64,000 nucleotides of DNA from an uncultured Elusimicrobium sp. GTDB taxonomy: Bacteria; Elusimicrobiota; Elusimicrobia; Elusimicrobiales; Elusimicrobiaceae. Where the stretch lies: assembly GCA_902766765.1 (NCBI GenBank), contig CACXER010000017.1:3-64002 (forward strand), read 5' to 3'. Below are positions 37,181 to 47,900 of this stretch, piece after piece; within the stretch, counting starts at the first letter, position 1; each line of letters starts with the position of its first letter. The notes beneath the pieces were generated by a model. The model ran no database searches and was not told the origin of the DNA. It saw only the letters and a program-made list of their open reading frames with translations. Both the position numbers and the translations under genes were made by a program.

Positions 37181-38632
37181 ATGATTAGTTTCTTTGTTTG
37201 TTTGGGACTACTGATCCTCTCTTATTTCACGTACGGTAAATATGTGGAACATGTTTTCGGCCCGACTACGGACCCAACGCCCGCCGTCCGCTTTGCCAAC
37301 GGCGTAGATTATGTGCCGATGCCCTTGTGGCGTATAGTCCTTGTACAGCTGTTAAATATCGCCGGGCTTGGGCCGGTATTCGGCGCGATTGCGGGTGCGT
37401 TATGGGGGCCTTGTGTATTTTTGTGGATTACGCTGGGAACTATTTTTGCCGGAGCCGTGCATGATTTTGCATGCGGGTTTTTATCTATCCGCAACGACGG
37501 CAAATCCGTTTCCGAAATTACAGGCATTTACTTGGGACCGCGTATTCATATGTTCATGCGCATTTTCAGCGTGATTTTGCTTGTCATGGTGGGCACGGTG
37601 TTTGCGGTGGGGCCCGCTAACTTGCTGGTATTTTTATTCAAAGGCCACGCGGCGCAAAGCAGTTTGCTCACCAATATGTATTTTTGGCTCGCGCTCATTT
37701 TCCTATATTATTTCTTTGCTACGTTTCTTCCGGTGGATAAAATTATCGGGCGCATTTATCCGCTGTTCGGTATTTGTTTGATCGTAATGGCGCTGGGTGT
37801 AACGGGGGGGATGTTTGCACAAGGATACCAAATCCCCGAGATTACACTGCACAACTTACACCCCACGCATTTGCCCATTTGGCCGCTTATGTTTGTGACG
37901 GTGGCGTGCGGGGCTATATCGGGCTTTCATGCCACACAATCGCCGCTAATGGCGCGGTGCGTAACAAACGAATACCAAGCGCGCAAAGTCTTTTACGGAG
38001 CCATGGTGTTGGAAGGCGTTATTGCGCTCATCTGGGCGGCGGCGGGTTGTGCCGTATATGAGCGTACCGGCGGTCTAATGACAGGTTTACAAGAAATGCT
38101 GCAACATAGCGGACAAGCCGGCGTAGTGTACGATATTTGTTTAAAAACAATCGGACCGTTGAAATGGGGGACGATCTCTTTTGGACTGTTGTTTGTAATG
38201 ATTGGCGTAATTGCTTGCCCAATTACGTCGGGCGATACGGCGTTTCGCGCGTCGCGCTTGGTGCTGGCCGATTGGTTTAAAATAGACCAAAAGCCCTTCT
38301 TAAAACGCTTTTATTTAAGTGCGCCGCTACTGCTGGCCGGCGTGATTATCAGCCAATTACCCTACGACATTATATGGCGTTATTTCAGTTGGTCTAACCA
38401 GACGCTGGCCATGATTGTATTATGGGCCGCTACGTTTTACTTATACGGAAAAAAACGCAATTACTTTATCGCGCTAATCCCTGCTATGTTTATGACGACG
38501 GTCAGCGTGACCTACTTCTTGATCGCGCCGGAATGCTTGCACTTACCCGCTGCAGTTGCGTGGCCGCTAGGTTTTGCGCTGATGGCGGTAATATCATCTT
38601 ACATGATACTGAAAATGAAAAAGGGGGAATAG
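37181..38632 (+). CDS. Carbon starvation protein CstA family transporter
   Basis: DYVP, LNIAGLGPVFG, GAVHDF, ACGAISGFHATQSP, TSGDTAFR and WRYFSWSNQ. Confidence 0.92.
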   Translation: MISFFVCLGLLILSYFTYGKYVEHVFGPTTDPTPAVRFANGVDYVPMPLWRIVLVQLLNIAGLGPVFGAIAGALWGPCVFLWITLGTIFAGAVHDFACGFLSIRNDGKSVSEITGIYLGPRIHMFMRIFSVILLVMVGTVFAVGPANLLVFLFKGHAAQSSLLTNMYFWLALIFLYYFFATFLPVDKIIGRIYPLFGICLIVMALGVTGGMFAQGYQIPEITLHNLHPTHLPIWPLMFVTVACGAISGFHATQSPLMARCVTNEYQARKVFYGAMVLEGVIALIWAAAGCAVYERTGGLMTGLQEMLQHSGQAGVVYDICLKTIGPLKWGTISFGLLFVMIGVIACPITSGDTAFRASRLVLADWFKIDQKPFLKRFYLSAPLLLAGVIISQLPYDIIWRYFSWSNQTLAMIVLWAATFYLYGKKRNYFIALIPAMFMTTVSVTYFLIAPECLHLPAAVAWPLGFALMAVISSYMILKMKKGE

Positions 38633-38634
38633 TT

Positions 38635-39186
38635 ATGAGAAAAGGGAAATTGGAAAAAGCATTTACGTATTTTGAATCCGGCTCGGTGCTGCTGGTAACC
38701 TCGCACGACCGCCAAAAAGATAATGTGATGACGATATCGTGGCAAATGGTGCTTGATTTTACGCCGAGAATTGCTATTTGCACGGGCTCTTGGAACGATT
38801 CTTTTGACGCTATTATTCGCACCAAACAGTGCACGTTGTGCGTGCCCACGGTAGACATGTTGGATAAGGCGGTGGGCATTGGCACGGTGCACGCTAGCGA
38901 ATGTGATAAGTTTAAACACTTCCGTCTTAAAAAACAAAAACCCGCCAAAGTAAAAGCCCCGCTGCTTGCGGACTGTTTAGCCGCATTAGAGTGTAAAGTA
39001 GTAGATTATGTAGAAAAGCACGGGATCCTCGTTTTAGACGGTGTGCAACTGTGGGAAAACACGCGTAAAAAAGAGCACCGCGTGCTCCACGCCAATGGAG
39101 ACGGCACTTTCTTTGCCGACGGAAAATTTTATAACCGCCGCAAAGAAATGAAGTCCCGCTTGCCCGAGGGCGTAAAACGGTTTTAA
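38635..39186 (+). CDS. Flavin reductase family protein
   Basis: Start at MRKGKL after the GGGGG RBS. LVTS...NVMTISW, DKFK.F.L, VKAPL...C.A.LECKV and LH..GDG.F. Confidence 0.85.
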   Translation: MRKGKLEKAFTYFESGSVLLVTSHDRQKDNVMTISWQMVLDFTPRIAICTGSWNDSFDAIIRTKQCTLCVPTVDMLDKAVGIGTVHASECDKFKHFRLKKQKPAKVKAPLLADCLAALECKVVDYVEKHGILVLDGVQLWENTRKKEHRVLHANGDGTFFADGKFYNRRKEMKSRLPEGVKRF

Positions 39187-39743
39187 GAACGGGCTTTACT
39201 AACCACGCTGTCAGTTTTCAACGCTTTTAGGTCTGAGCGGAATTCAATGATGAGTACGATCTGCCAAAACAGGAATATAAGCGTTACGATATCGTCACAC
39301 ATACGATTCTGAACAATGCCAGTAAGGGCAAAAAGATATCCTTGCTCCGTTGTCACAAAAAGCATGGCTGTTTCCCACGCAAACATAGAGAATCGTTTAT
39401 CTATAATCGGAATCAAGTGATTATTTTCATCATAAACGATACGACGAACGCGTTTGATTTTGTATGAAAAACGTTTCACGATAAATACAAAAGCACAAAT
39501 AAACAGTTGCAATAAAACATTTACCCAAATCCATTGTTTCTCGCAAATGTTATTGGGTACGCCGGAAAAATCATAATCGTATTGGATCATATCCGGAATA
39601 GAATCCCAACACACGCAGTAAATTACAACTTCCGTGATGAGAACAAAAAAAGTTAAGACAATAGACAACTCGGTTCTAAACCGAATTCCTTTTGACGTAT
39701 TCCCGGATATAAGCAGTTTTATGAATTGTATAAATGAGGACAT
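39183..39743 (-). CDS. Hypothetical multi-pass membrane protein
   Basis: About four hydrophobic segments; the IP...DFSG.PN segment resembles DUF1648-type proteins. AGGAG RBS. Confidence 0.55.
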   Translation of the reverse strand: MSSFIQFIKLLISGNTSKGIRFRTELSIVLTFFVLITEVVIYCVCWDSIPDMIQYDYDFSGVPNNICEKQWIWVNVLLQLFICAFVFIVKRFSYKIKRVRRIVYDENNHLIPIIDKRFSMFAWETAMLFVTTEQGYLFALTGIVQNRMCDDIVTLIFLFWQIVLIIEFRSDLKALKTDSVVSKARS

Positions 39744-39813
39744 ATTTGCTCCTGTCTAGTAAAACATGCACACATACTATTTTAGAAAAAATTAAAAAAT
39801 AAAGACATACGCC

Positions 39814-39841
39814 GGCCCCCTATTTGTTTAGGGGGCCTTTT
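39814..39841. terminator. GC-rich hairpin, probable terminator
   Basis: ggcccccta-tttgtt-tagggggcc-tttt. Confidence 0.6.
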
Positions 39842-39866
39842 ATTGCGCAACGTGTTTTCCTTTGAA

Positions 39867-40205
39867 TTAGTGTTGAAGTTGCTGACGGGCAACAGGGTTG
39901 TCTACGCAATACACCGTAAACGTTCTTGTATAATAAACGCCCATAGTCAAAGCGACCAGGGTTTCATCAATCAAATCATTATTTGTTGTCAACTTCACAA
40001 TTTTTCCATTTGGGCAAATTTTGGAAAAATCATGAATATGTTTCCGGCCCATACCCCAGAAGAAAAAATGGTCTCTTTCGGAATACTTTTGAACATTGGA
40101 ATAACTGTTCGCCTTTTTATCTATAATAAACTGTGAATTGGTGCAACCACACAAAACGCCTGCACATAAAACAGCACATAAAATAAATAATTTTTGTTTT
40201 TTCAT
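39867..40205 (-). CDS. Bor/Iss-family lipoprotein
   Basis: Lipobox LCGC, HFFFWGMG, ..IC.. and C-terminal LT.GVYY.R...VYC, matching the lambda Bor/Iss pattern. Confidence 0.75.
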   Translation of the reverse strand: MKKQKLFILCAVLCAGVLCGCTNSQFIIDKKANSYSNVQKYSERDHFFFWGMGRKHIHDFSKICPNGKIVKLTTNNDLIDETLVALTMGVYYTRTFTVYCVDNPVARQQLQH

Positions 40206-40387
40206 AGGATAGTTTCTTCCTCGATTAAAATATCAATGGTTTGAGTTTACTTCTAATTTTTATTGTACAAAATAAAAGGGAGAATTACACTGGCAACTTG
40301 CGTAGCATATTACAAAAAAATTGCCAGCGCCCGCCAAATTATGCTAAATTTTACGAATAATCCTATTTGTAAGAATAAAAATTTAAC

Positions 40388-41788
40388 ATGATTACCTCTC
40401 TTGAAAACGTATTATATCCCTTTGTTGTTAAGTTCAATGAATATTTATCCAACTATATATTGGTGTTTTTACTCGTTGGAGTGGGCCTTTGGTACACCCT
40501 AAAAACCCGGTTTGTGCAAATCCGTTGTTTTAAAGAAGGATTGTGCAACTCGTTTGGCGGCCTTAGTTTATTTGGTGAAAAGAACAAAAACAGCATCAGT
40601 CCTTTCCAAGCATTTACCACAGCCATAGCGGCACAAGTCGGCACCGGAAACATCGTCGGTGCATCTGCGGCTATTTTGGTGGGAGGCCCGGGAGCCGTAT
40701 TTTGGATGTGGGTAATCGCTTTCTTTGGTATGGCCACCATCTATGCGGAAGCCACACTGGCTGTAAAAACAAGAATAGTCGAAGAAAACGGAAATATAAA
40801 AGGCGGACCTGTCTATTACATCACCACCGCATTTCAAGGCAAACTGGGTAAGTGGCTGGCCGCCTTCTTTGCCGTAGCCATCATTCTGGCACTTGGCTTT
40901 ATGGGATGCATGGTGCAATCCAATTCCATCAGTTACACCATGCAAACGGCTTTTTCAGTTCAACCTTGGATCGTCGGGGTTATATTAGTCATTTTATCCG
41001 GAATTATTCTGGTAGGCGGAGTAGACAGACTTGCCTCCGTAACCGAAAAATTGACCCCCGTTATGGCCATCATCTTTTTAGTCGGCGCGTTTTTCGTTTT
41101 AATCGTAAGGCATAATTATATCTTCGAAACATTTAGAATGATTTTTACGTACGCCTTTGAACCGCAGGCTATCATAGGTGGGGGTTTTTGGTACGCTATC
41201 AAAACGGTTGTCAGTCAAGGGGCTAAAAGAGGGTTGTTTTCTAACGAGGCAGGCATGGGATCTACACCGCATATTCACGCCTTGGCCCGCGTTCAAACTC
41301 CTCACGAAGAAGGTACGATTGCTATGATGGGGGTTTTTGTAGATACGTTTGTTATTTTAACTTTAAATGCGCTGGTAATTATTTCAACCCTCTACACTTC
41401 CGATGGGATATTAGCCCACGGTTACACCGGGTCTGTTACGGATGTATTGAATAAAACCAATCTGGTACAAAATGCTTTCGGCGGTATTATGGGGACGAAT
41501 GCCGGAGCGATATTTGTGGCAATTTGTCTTTGCTTTTTTGCATTTTCTTCTATTCTTTGTTGGAATTTTTTCGGCAAGATAAACGTTCTCTATTTGTTTA
41601 GAAGAAGAAATACTAAAAAAGCCATTTTGGTGTACACCTTAATCTCGCTCTGTTTCGTCATGCTCGGTTCACTGGTCTCCAGTGATTTTGTTTGGGAACT
41701 GACCGATATGTTTAATAACCTCATGGTGATCCCGAACGTGCTTGCCTTATTTGCTTTGACCCATATGGTAATCGGTAAGGCTAAATAA
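40388..41788 (+). CDS. Sodium:alanine/glycine symporter (AGCS family)
   Basis: AAQVGTGNIVG, GGPGAVFWMW, GGPVYYI, RGLFSNEAGMGSTP and LMVIPN. Confidence 0.93.
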   Translation: MITSLENVLYPFVVKFNEYLSNYILVFLLVGVGLWYTLKTRFVQIRCFKEGLCNSFGGLSLFGEKNKNSISPFQAFTTAIAAQVGTGNIVGASAAILVGGPGAVFWMWVIAFFGMATIYAEATLAVKTRIVEENGNIKGGPVYYITTAFQGKLGKWLAAFFAVAIILALGFMGCMVQSNSISYTMQTAFSVQPWIVGVILVILSGIILVGGVDRLASVTEKLTPVMAIIFLVGAFFVLIVRHNYIFETFRMIFTYAFEPQAIIGGGFWYAIKTVVSQGAKRGLFSNEAGMGSTPHIHALARVQTPHEEGTIAMMGVFVDTFVILTLNALVIISTLYTSDGILAHGYTGSVTDVLNKTNLVQNAFGGIMGTNAGAIFVAICLCFFAFSSILCWNFFGKINVLYLFRRRNTKKAILVYTLISLCFVMLGSLVSSDFVWELTDMFNNLMVIPNVLALFALTHMVIGKAK

Positions 41789-41922
41789 ACTCTCTACGTC
41801 CATTGAAAAATCCTCACCTACAAGACAACTTCCGGATAATCATTTTTTCTCTATAGATTGACGGGAAATATGATATAATATATAGGTAAATTTTAAGTAG
41901 AGATTTTAATTTGTAACAAAAT

Positions 41923-44900
41923 ATGAAGCGGGATTTTCAAAAAAACATAAAAAAAATTAAAAAAATCATCGTCGTAATAACTATACTACAATTCTCCTGT
42001 CTTTCCGGTGTAAATAGCCTGTGGGGGGCGGAATATGCTTCGCTTTTGGACGCAATAAAAGCAACAGATACGCCGAGAACATACACGCTTGATGCCAACG
42101 AAACATCCTCAACTGTCTTGGGAGATATTGGGGGAACGAATTCTGTTCTCACTATCGATGGTGGAACCGGACACTATGGAATACATAATACTTCAACAGC
42201 CAACGAAGTAAGAATTTTTGTAGACAATCCCCAAACTCTTAACTTGCAAAATCTCGGCACTTATACTACAACCACCTCAAGTTCTATCGTCGATGGGATG
42301 GATATTATTACCAGCGTTGCGGTAGGAAATTCCGTGGACAATTTTGGCAAAACAACTGACAGAGCCGGATTTATCAGATCAGCGGGGACTACATCCGTTA
42401 CTGATTCTGTCTTTTTTAATAACCGCGGTCAATACGGCGTATTACAAAACAGAGAAGAAGGGACCATGTCTATCACCGGTTCTGTTTTTGTCGCGAACAA
42501 TTCGCCGCAAGGTACAGTTCATAACGATAGCACAAATAAAATAACTCAAATATTAAATTCTATATTTTATAATAATATAGCCACCGCTCCGGCTTCCGGC
42601 TCAGTCGAAGTGAAGAATCGCGGTGGCAGTGCTATTTATAATAAAATCACCACAACGATAGACCTTATTTCCGGTACCCAGTTCGTCGGTAACAGCACAA
42701 TTTCTACGGCCGCTAATCAGCAAACCGGAACTATCTATAACGGCGGTACCATCGGCACTATATTAAATTCTATATTCTATAACAACAGTAACCAAAGCGG
42801 ATCTGTCTTACATAACATAAGCGATAGCACTGTAAACACGATTTCAGGTTCAACCTTTGTCCAAAATACTACCGATACGTCCGGTGCGGCCATCATCAAT
42901 GCAAGCGGTTCAAGCATAGGGGCAATAACAGATTCCCTTTTTACTGCTAATACAGCCACAGGTAACGGCGGGGCTATTTATAACGAGGGTACGATTACAG
43001 ATTTTGCAGGTACTTATACCGCTAACAGCGCTACGGGTAACGGCGGTGCCTTATATAATAACGGCGTAATCACCAATGCCATTAGTGCGACGTTCGGCGG
43101 TGATAATGCAGCCGACGGTAACGTTGCCGATTTAGGTGGTGCTATTTATAACGCCGCTGGGCAAACCGTATCCATAGATTCCGCTTCCATATTTAAGAAC
43201 AACACGGCTACAACCAACGGCGGTGCTATTTATAACGCCGGAACGATTGCCGATTTAGCAGGTACTTATGCTGCTAACGGGGCTACAACCGACGGCGGTG
43301 CTATTCATAACGTGGGTACAATTACGGATTTCACCGGTACTTACACCGCTAACATCGCTCTGGGAAACGGGGGGGCCTTATATAATAACGGTACAATCAC
43401 CAATGCCATCAATGCCACCTTTGGCGGAGACAATGCGGCCGATGGTAACAGTGCCGATTTCGGGGGTGCTATTTATAACGCAGTGGGGCAAACCGTGTCC
43501 ATAGACGCCGCTTCCATATTTAAGAACAACAGCGCCACAACTGCCGGTGGTGCAATTTATAACGCCGGAACGATTGCTGATTTGGCGGGTACGTATGCTT
43601 CTAACGACGCTACGGGTGACGGCGGTGCAATAAGCAATGTCGGAACAATTACCACGTTCGCAGGTACTTACAGTGCTAACAGCGCTGCGGGCAACGGCGG
43701 TGCCTTATACAATAACGGCACAATCACCAATGCTATTAGTGCTACCTTCGGCGGAGACAATGCGGCCGACGGTAATATCGCCGATTACGGGGGGGCTATT
43801 TATAACGCAGCGGGGCAAACCGTGTCCATAGACTCCGCTTCAATATTTAAAAATAATGGTGCAACAACTGACGGCGGTGCTATTTATAACGCCGGAACGA
43901 TTACAGATTTAGCAGGCACATATACTTCCAATAGCGCTGCGGGCAACGGCGGTGCGATAAACAACGTCGGCACGATTACCGCATTGGCGGGTACGTATAC
44001 TTCTAACAATGCGGCAAACGGCGGCGCAGTCTATAATACCGGAACAATCAGTAATTTATCAGGCACTTATACCTCTAATAGTGCTACAACCGCCGGCGGT
44101 GCTATTTATAACACCGGAACAGTAACCATTACCTCATCCAATGGCGCAGACACCGTATTTAGCGGCAACCAAGCCAATAGCGTTTCAAATGCATTGTACA
44201 ACAGCGGAACCGTTAATATGAACGCCGGGGCCAATAGTTCCATCACGTTTGACGATAAAATCACTGGTTCAAACGGTACGATTGTGTTGGGTGGTGCGGG
44301 CATTGTAGAGTTTAATGATACGGTGACCGGCAATAGCGTGGCGTTAAATTCGGGCACGTTAAAACTGGGTGCGACCAATAGTATAGAAGACGTGACGAAT
44401 TTTACGGCTAGCGGCGGACTGTTAGATTTACGTAATAGCGCGACAGGAAATTATCAATTGGGGCAAAGCACGACTATAAACGGTACGGTAGATTTGGCGA
44501 TAGATGTCAATTTAGCGGGTGCAACCCCGGTAGCGGATGTGATCAGCGCAAAGAATGCCGGAGCCGTTAGCGGAACAGGTAGTTTTGTGTTTTCATCGGC
44601 GAATATCAACCTGCTAAATGATGCCGATACCCAGATACCGTTGTGGGTCCAAGTAACCGATGAATATTTACGCAATAATGCAGGTTTAGGTTCCAATGCA
44701 AATATAACGATAACGGGCACGGAAAGTTATCTTGTTACCTATGAAACTTCCCACGAGAGTGTAAATGCGGGTTTCTTGAAATTTGAATATAGCACTTTGG
44801 CAAATGCCATTGCATCTACGGTAACAGAAAAAGCATATACGCTGGGTAATAATGCGGCGTTGGCAAGCACTCCTGCATTAGGCGGTACCAGTTTAACCGT

Positions 44901-47900
44901 AAACGGAAACACGGCGGGATATTCTGTCACCGGCGATACAGGTGCAGGAATCGCGGTCGGAAGCGGCCAAACCTTGTCATTAAACGACATAGGGGTAGAT
45001 AGTTCCGGCAATGTAACCGGAGCCGGCTTGAATAATTTTTCTACTGCCCTAACCAATGCCGCTGGCGGAACAATCAATTTGTATAACACAAAATTAAGCG
45101 GTAATACTACCGATATTGATAACGATGGTATTGTGAATATGTCCGGTACGGTTATATTGGATAATGCCCAAGGAACAGGTACCGTAAATATCACGAAAGA
45201 TACCGGCGGCAATGCGTCTTCAGTAACGGTAAACAATAGTTTAGAACAAAATAATATTACGGTAGCAAGCGAAAATACTTTAACGAACAATAATGCCACT
45301 ATCACCGCAAATACGAACTTAACTAACGCGGGAACTATAACGGGCACCGGAACAAGTTCCCTTGTAATCAATGGAAATTCCAGCAACAGCGGAACGATTA
45401 CGCAAGGGACATTGGCAACCGCCGCAAGCACTACATTAACAAATACTGGAACCGTAACTGTAAATAGTGCGTTGAATAATAATGGATCTATCATCGGAGA
45501 TGCGGGCACGTTAAATATCAATGCCACAACGAGCAACGCCGGAACAATTTCGCAAGGAACGTTGGCAACTGCCGCAAGCACCACATTAACAAATACGGGT
45601 GATATCACGGTCAAGACCACGCTCACCAATAACGGCACCCTTGATAATAGCAACACGTTGACGTTAGCCGGTACCGGTATGACGAATGCCGGCACCATCA
45701 GCAATACCGCCGGAACGACCAACATCACCGGCACCTTAACCAATAGCGGCACCATTTCTCAAAAAGAAGTAAACGTATCCGCCGGCGGCGCATTGACATC
45801 TAATGCAAGTGCGGTCACAGCGACGGACGGCATTACAAACAACGGTACCTTGAATTTAACCGGCGGTAATATCACCAGCCAAATATTAAGCGGCGGAACG
45901 ACTAATATTACCGGAACAGTAACCAATACTGCCAATTATTCAATTGCCAACGCTGTTGACGTAAAAAACGGGGCTAAATTAACCACCCAGGCCGGTGCTC
46001 TGGCAAACACCACCAACAACGACGGTACATTAGAATTGACTGGCGGCATCCTTACAACGAATATTTCGGGCTCCGGTTCGTTAGCCGTTACAAACAGTAT
46101 TCAAAATTCAGCCACTATAGCACAAAATTCCGTAACCGTTGATAACGGGCAAACTCTCACCAATAACGGTGGGGCCACTATCACCACTACGGATACGACA
46201 CCCGGTGCGGGATTCCAAAATAACGGAACCGTAGTAAACAACGGTTCGATTACCGTTGCGGGCGGCGGCAATACCGGTTCCATTACGGGAAGCGGAAACT
46301 TTACCAATAGCGGCGATTTTACCAATAGCAATATTATCAACCAAAATACTATCACCAATACCGGTACCATCACTACCAATTCGGAGAATTTAGTGGCGAC
46401 AAGCGGCATTGCTAATAACGGTACCTTGGTATATAATACCGGCAGTCAAACCGTCAGTGATATTACGGGGGATGGCAGCGCCGGTTCCCACGTTGAATTA
46501 AGAGTCAATGCACCGTTTACCATTGATAATACGATCTCGAACACATATGTCGACCTGTATAATTCGACCTTGAGATTTGGTAGTAATGGTGATATTTCGG
46601 GCGCTACTGCGTTCAATGTCAACGGTGGCGGAATGGATTTGATTGACGGCAATATTACTTCCACCAACCTCGGTACAGTCAACTTAAATGCCCAATCTAA
46701 TCTCGGTATCGATTTAGATTTGAGTACCTTAACATCTGATACTTTCACTGCGGTTGTGAATAATAGTGGCGGTATATTCAATGTGAGTCAAGTCAATGTG
46801 TTTGGCACTACTACCCAAGATAACATTAACATCCATTTGGGTGATATGACGCAATTAGGGCAGGCCAATGTGACCTCTGAAACTTTCGAATTACCGTCTA
46901 TTATGACTCCTATCCGCAGAATTAACGGACGCATAGCAAACGGATGGTTAACTTACTCGGGAGGTTCGGGCACGGATGTGTCTGACTTCAATCCGGCCGT
47001 GTTGGCTACGCCGGTGATTGCGCAGGCCGGTATGCAGACAATCATGGCTAATACTTTCCAACGTGCTTACGAGCATGCGGATTGGTACACCAAATTCCCT
47101 GCGGACGAAAGATTCTCCCTAGCCAATGAAAACTCTACAACAGATTATGTTGCGAAGAGGGGGAACTATGATAAGTTGAGTCTGAGCGGCCAAGATAAGG
47201 ACAAATTGGCTATATGGCTCACCTCGTATGCTACTTTTGAAGATGTTCCGCTGCGACAGGGCCCGAAGGCAGATGTCAACTCGTATGGCTCCTTGGTGGG
47301 GATTGACTCCCATTTCCAAGATTGGGGCCGCGATTGGTACGGGGTTACTACCGGGTACATCGGATATAACGGCGCCAAGACCGACTATCCGGAGGTTAAT
47401 TCCTCTATGGATGGTGGGCTGTTCGGCTTAACTCAAACTTTCTACAAAGATAATTTCTGGACCGGCGTTACCGCCAATGTGGGGGCCAGTTTCGTAGATA
47501 CTCGCACGATGTACGGACGTGAAAATTCCACCTTATTCGCAACCGGGTTAGGTTCTCAAACCGGTTATAACATTGAATTGGGTAACGGCAATTTCATCCT
47601 TCAGCCCATTTGGTTGATGAACTACAGTATGATTAAGACGTTTGATTATACGAATGCGGCCGGGGTAAAAATTGCTCCTAAACCGTTACATACGGTCCAA
47701 TTGAATCCGACCTTGAGATTGATTGGAAATGTAAAGGGCTGGCAGCCCTATGCCTCCGTCGGCATGGTTTGGAACTTAATGAATAAAACCTCTGTCACAG
47801 CCAATTCAATAGAATTACCTGAAATGAGCATTAAACCGTATATGCGGTATGATGTGGGGGTACAAAAAGCATTTAGCGACCGGTTTACTGGATTTATACA

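Noticed and set aside
43015-43995. Repeats as a CRISPR array or diversity-generating retroelement
   Set aside because: The repeats are in-frame, degenerate coding units with no unique spacers, and there is no cas or reverse transcriptase gene in the window.
44739-45755. 338-aa antisense ORF (and other antisense ORFs between 44106 and 48488)
   Set aside because: Val/Pro/Leu-rich mirror of the Thr/Asn/Gly codon bias of the autotransporter; no independent coding signal.
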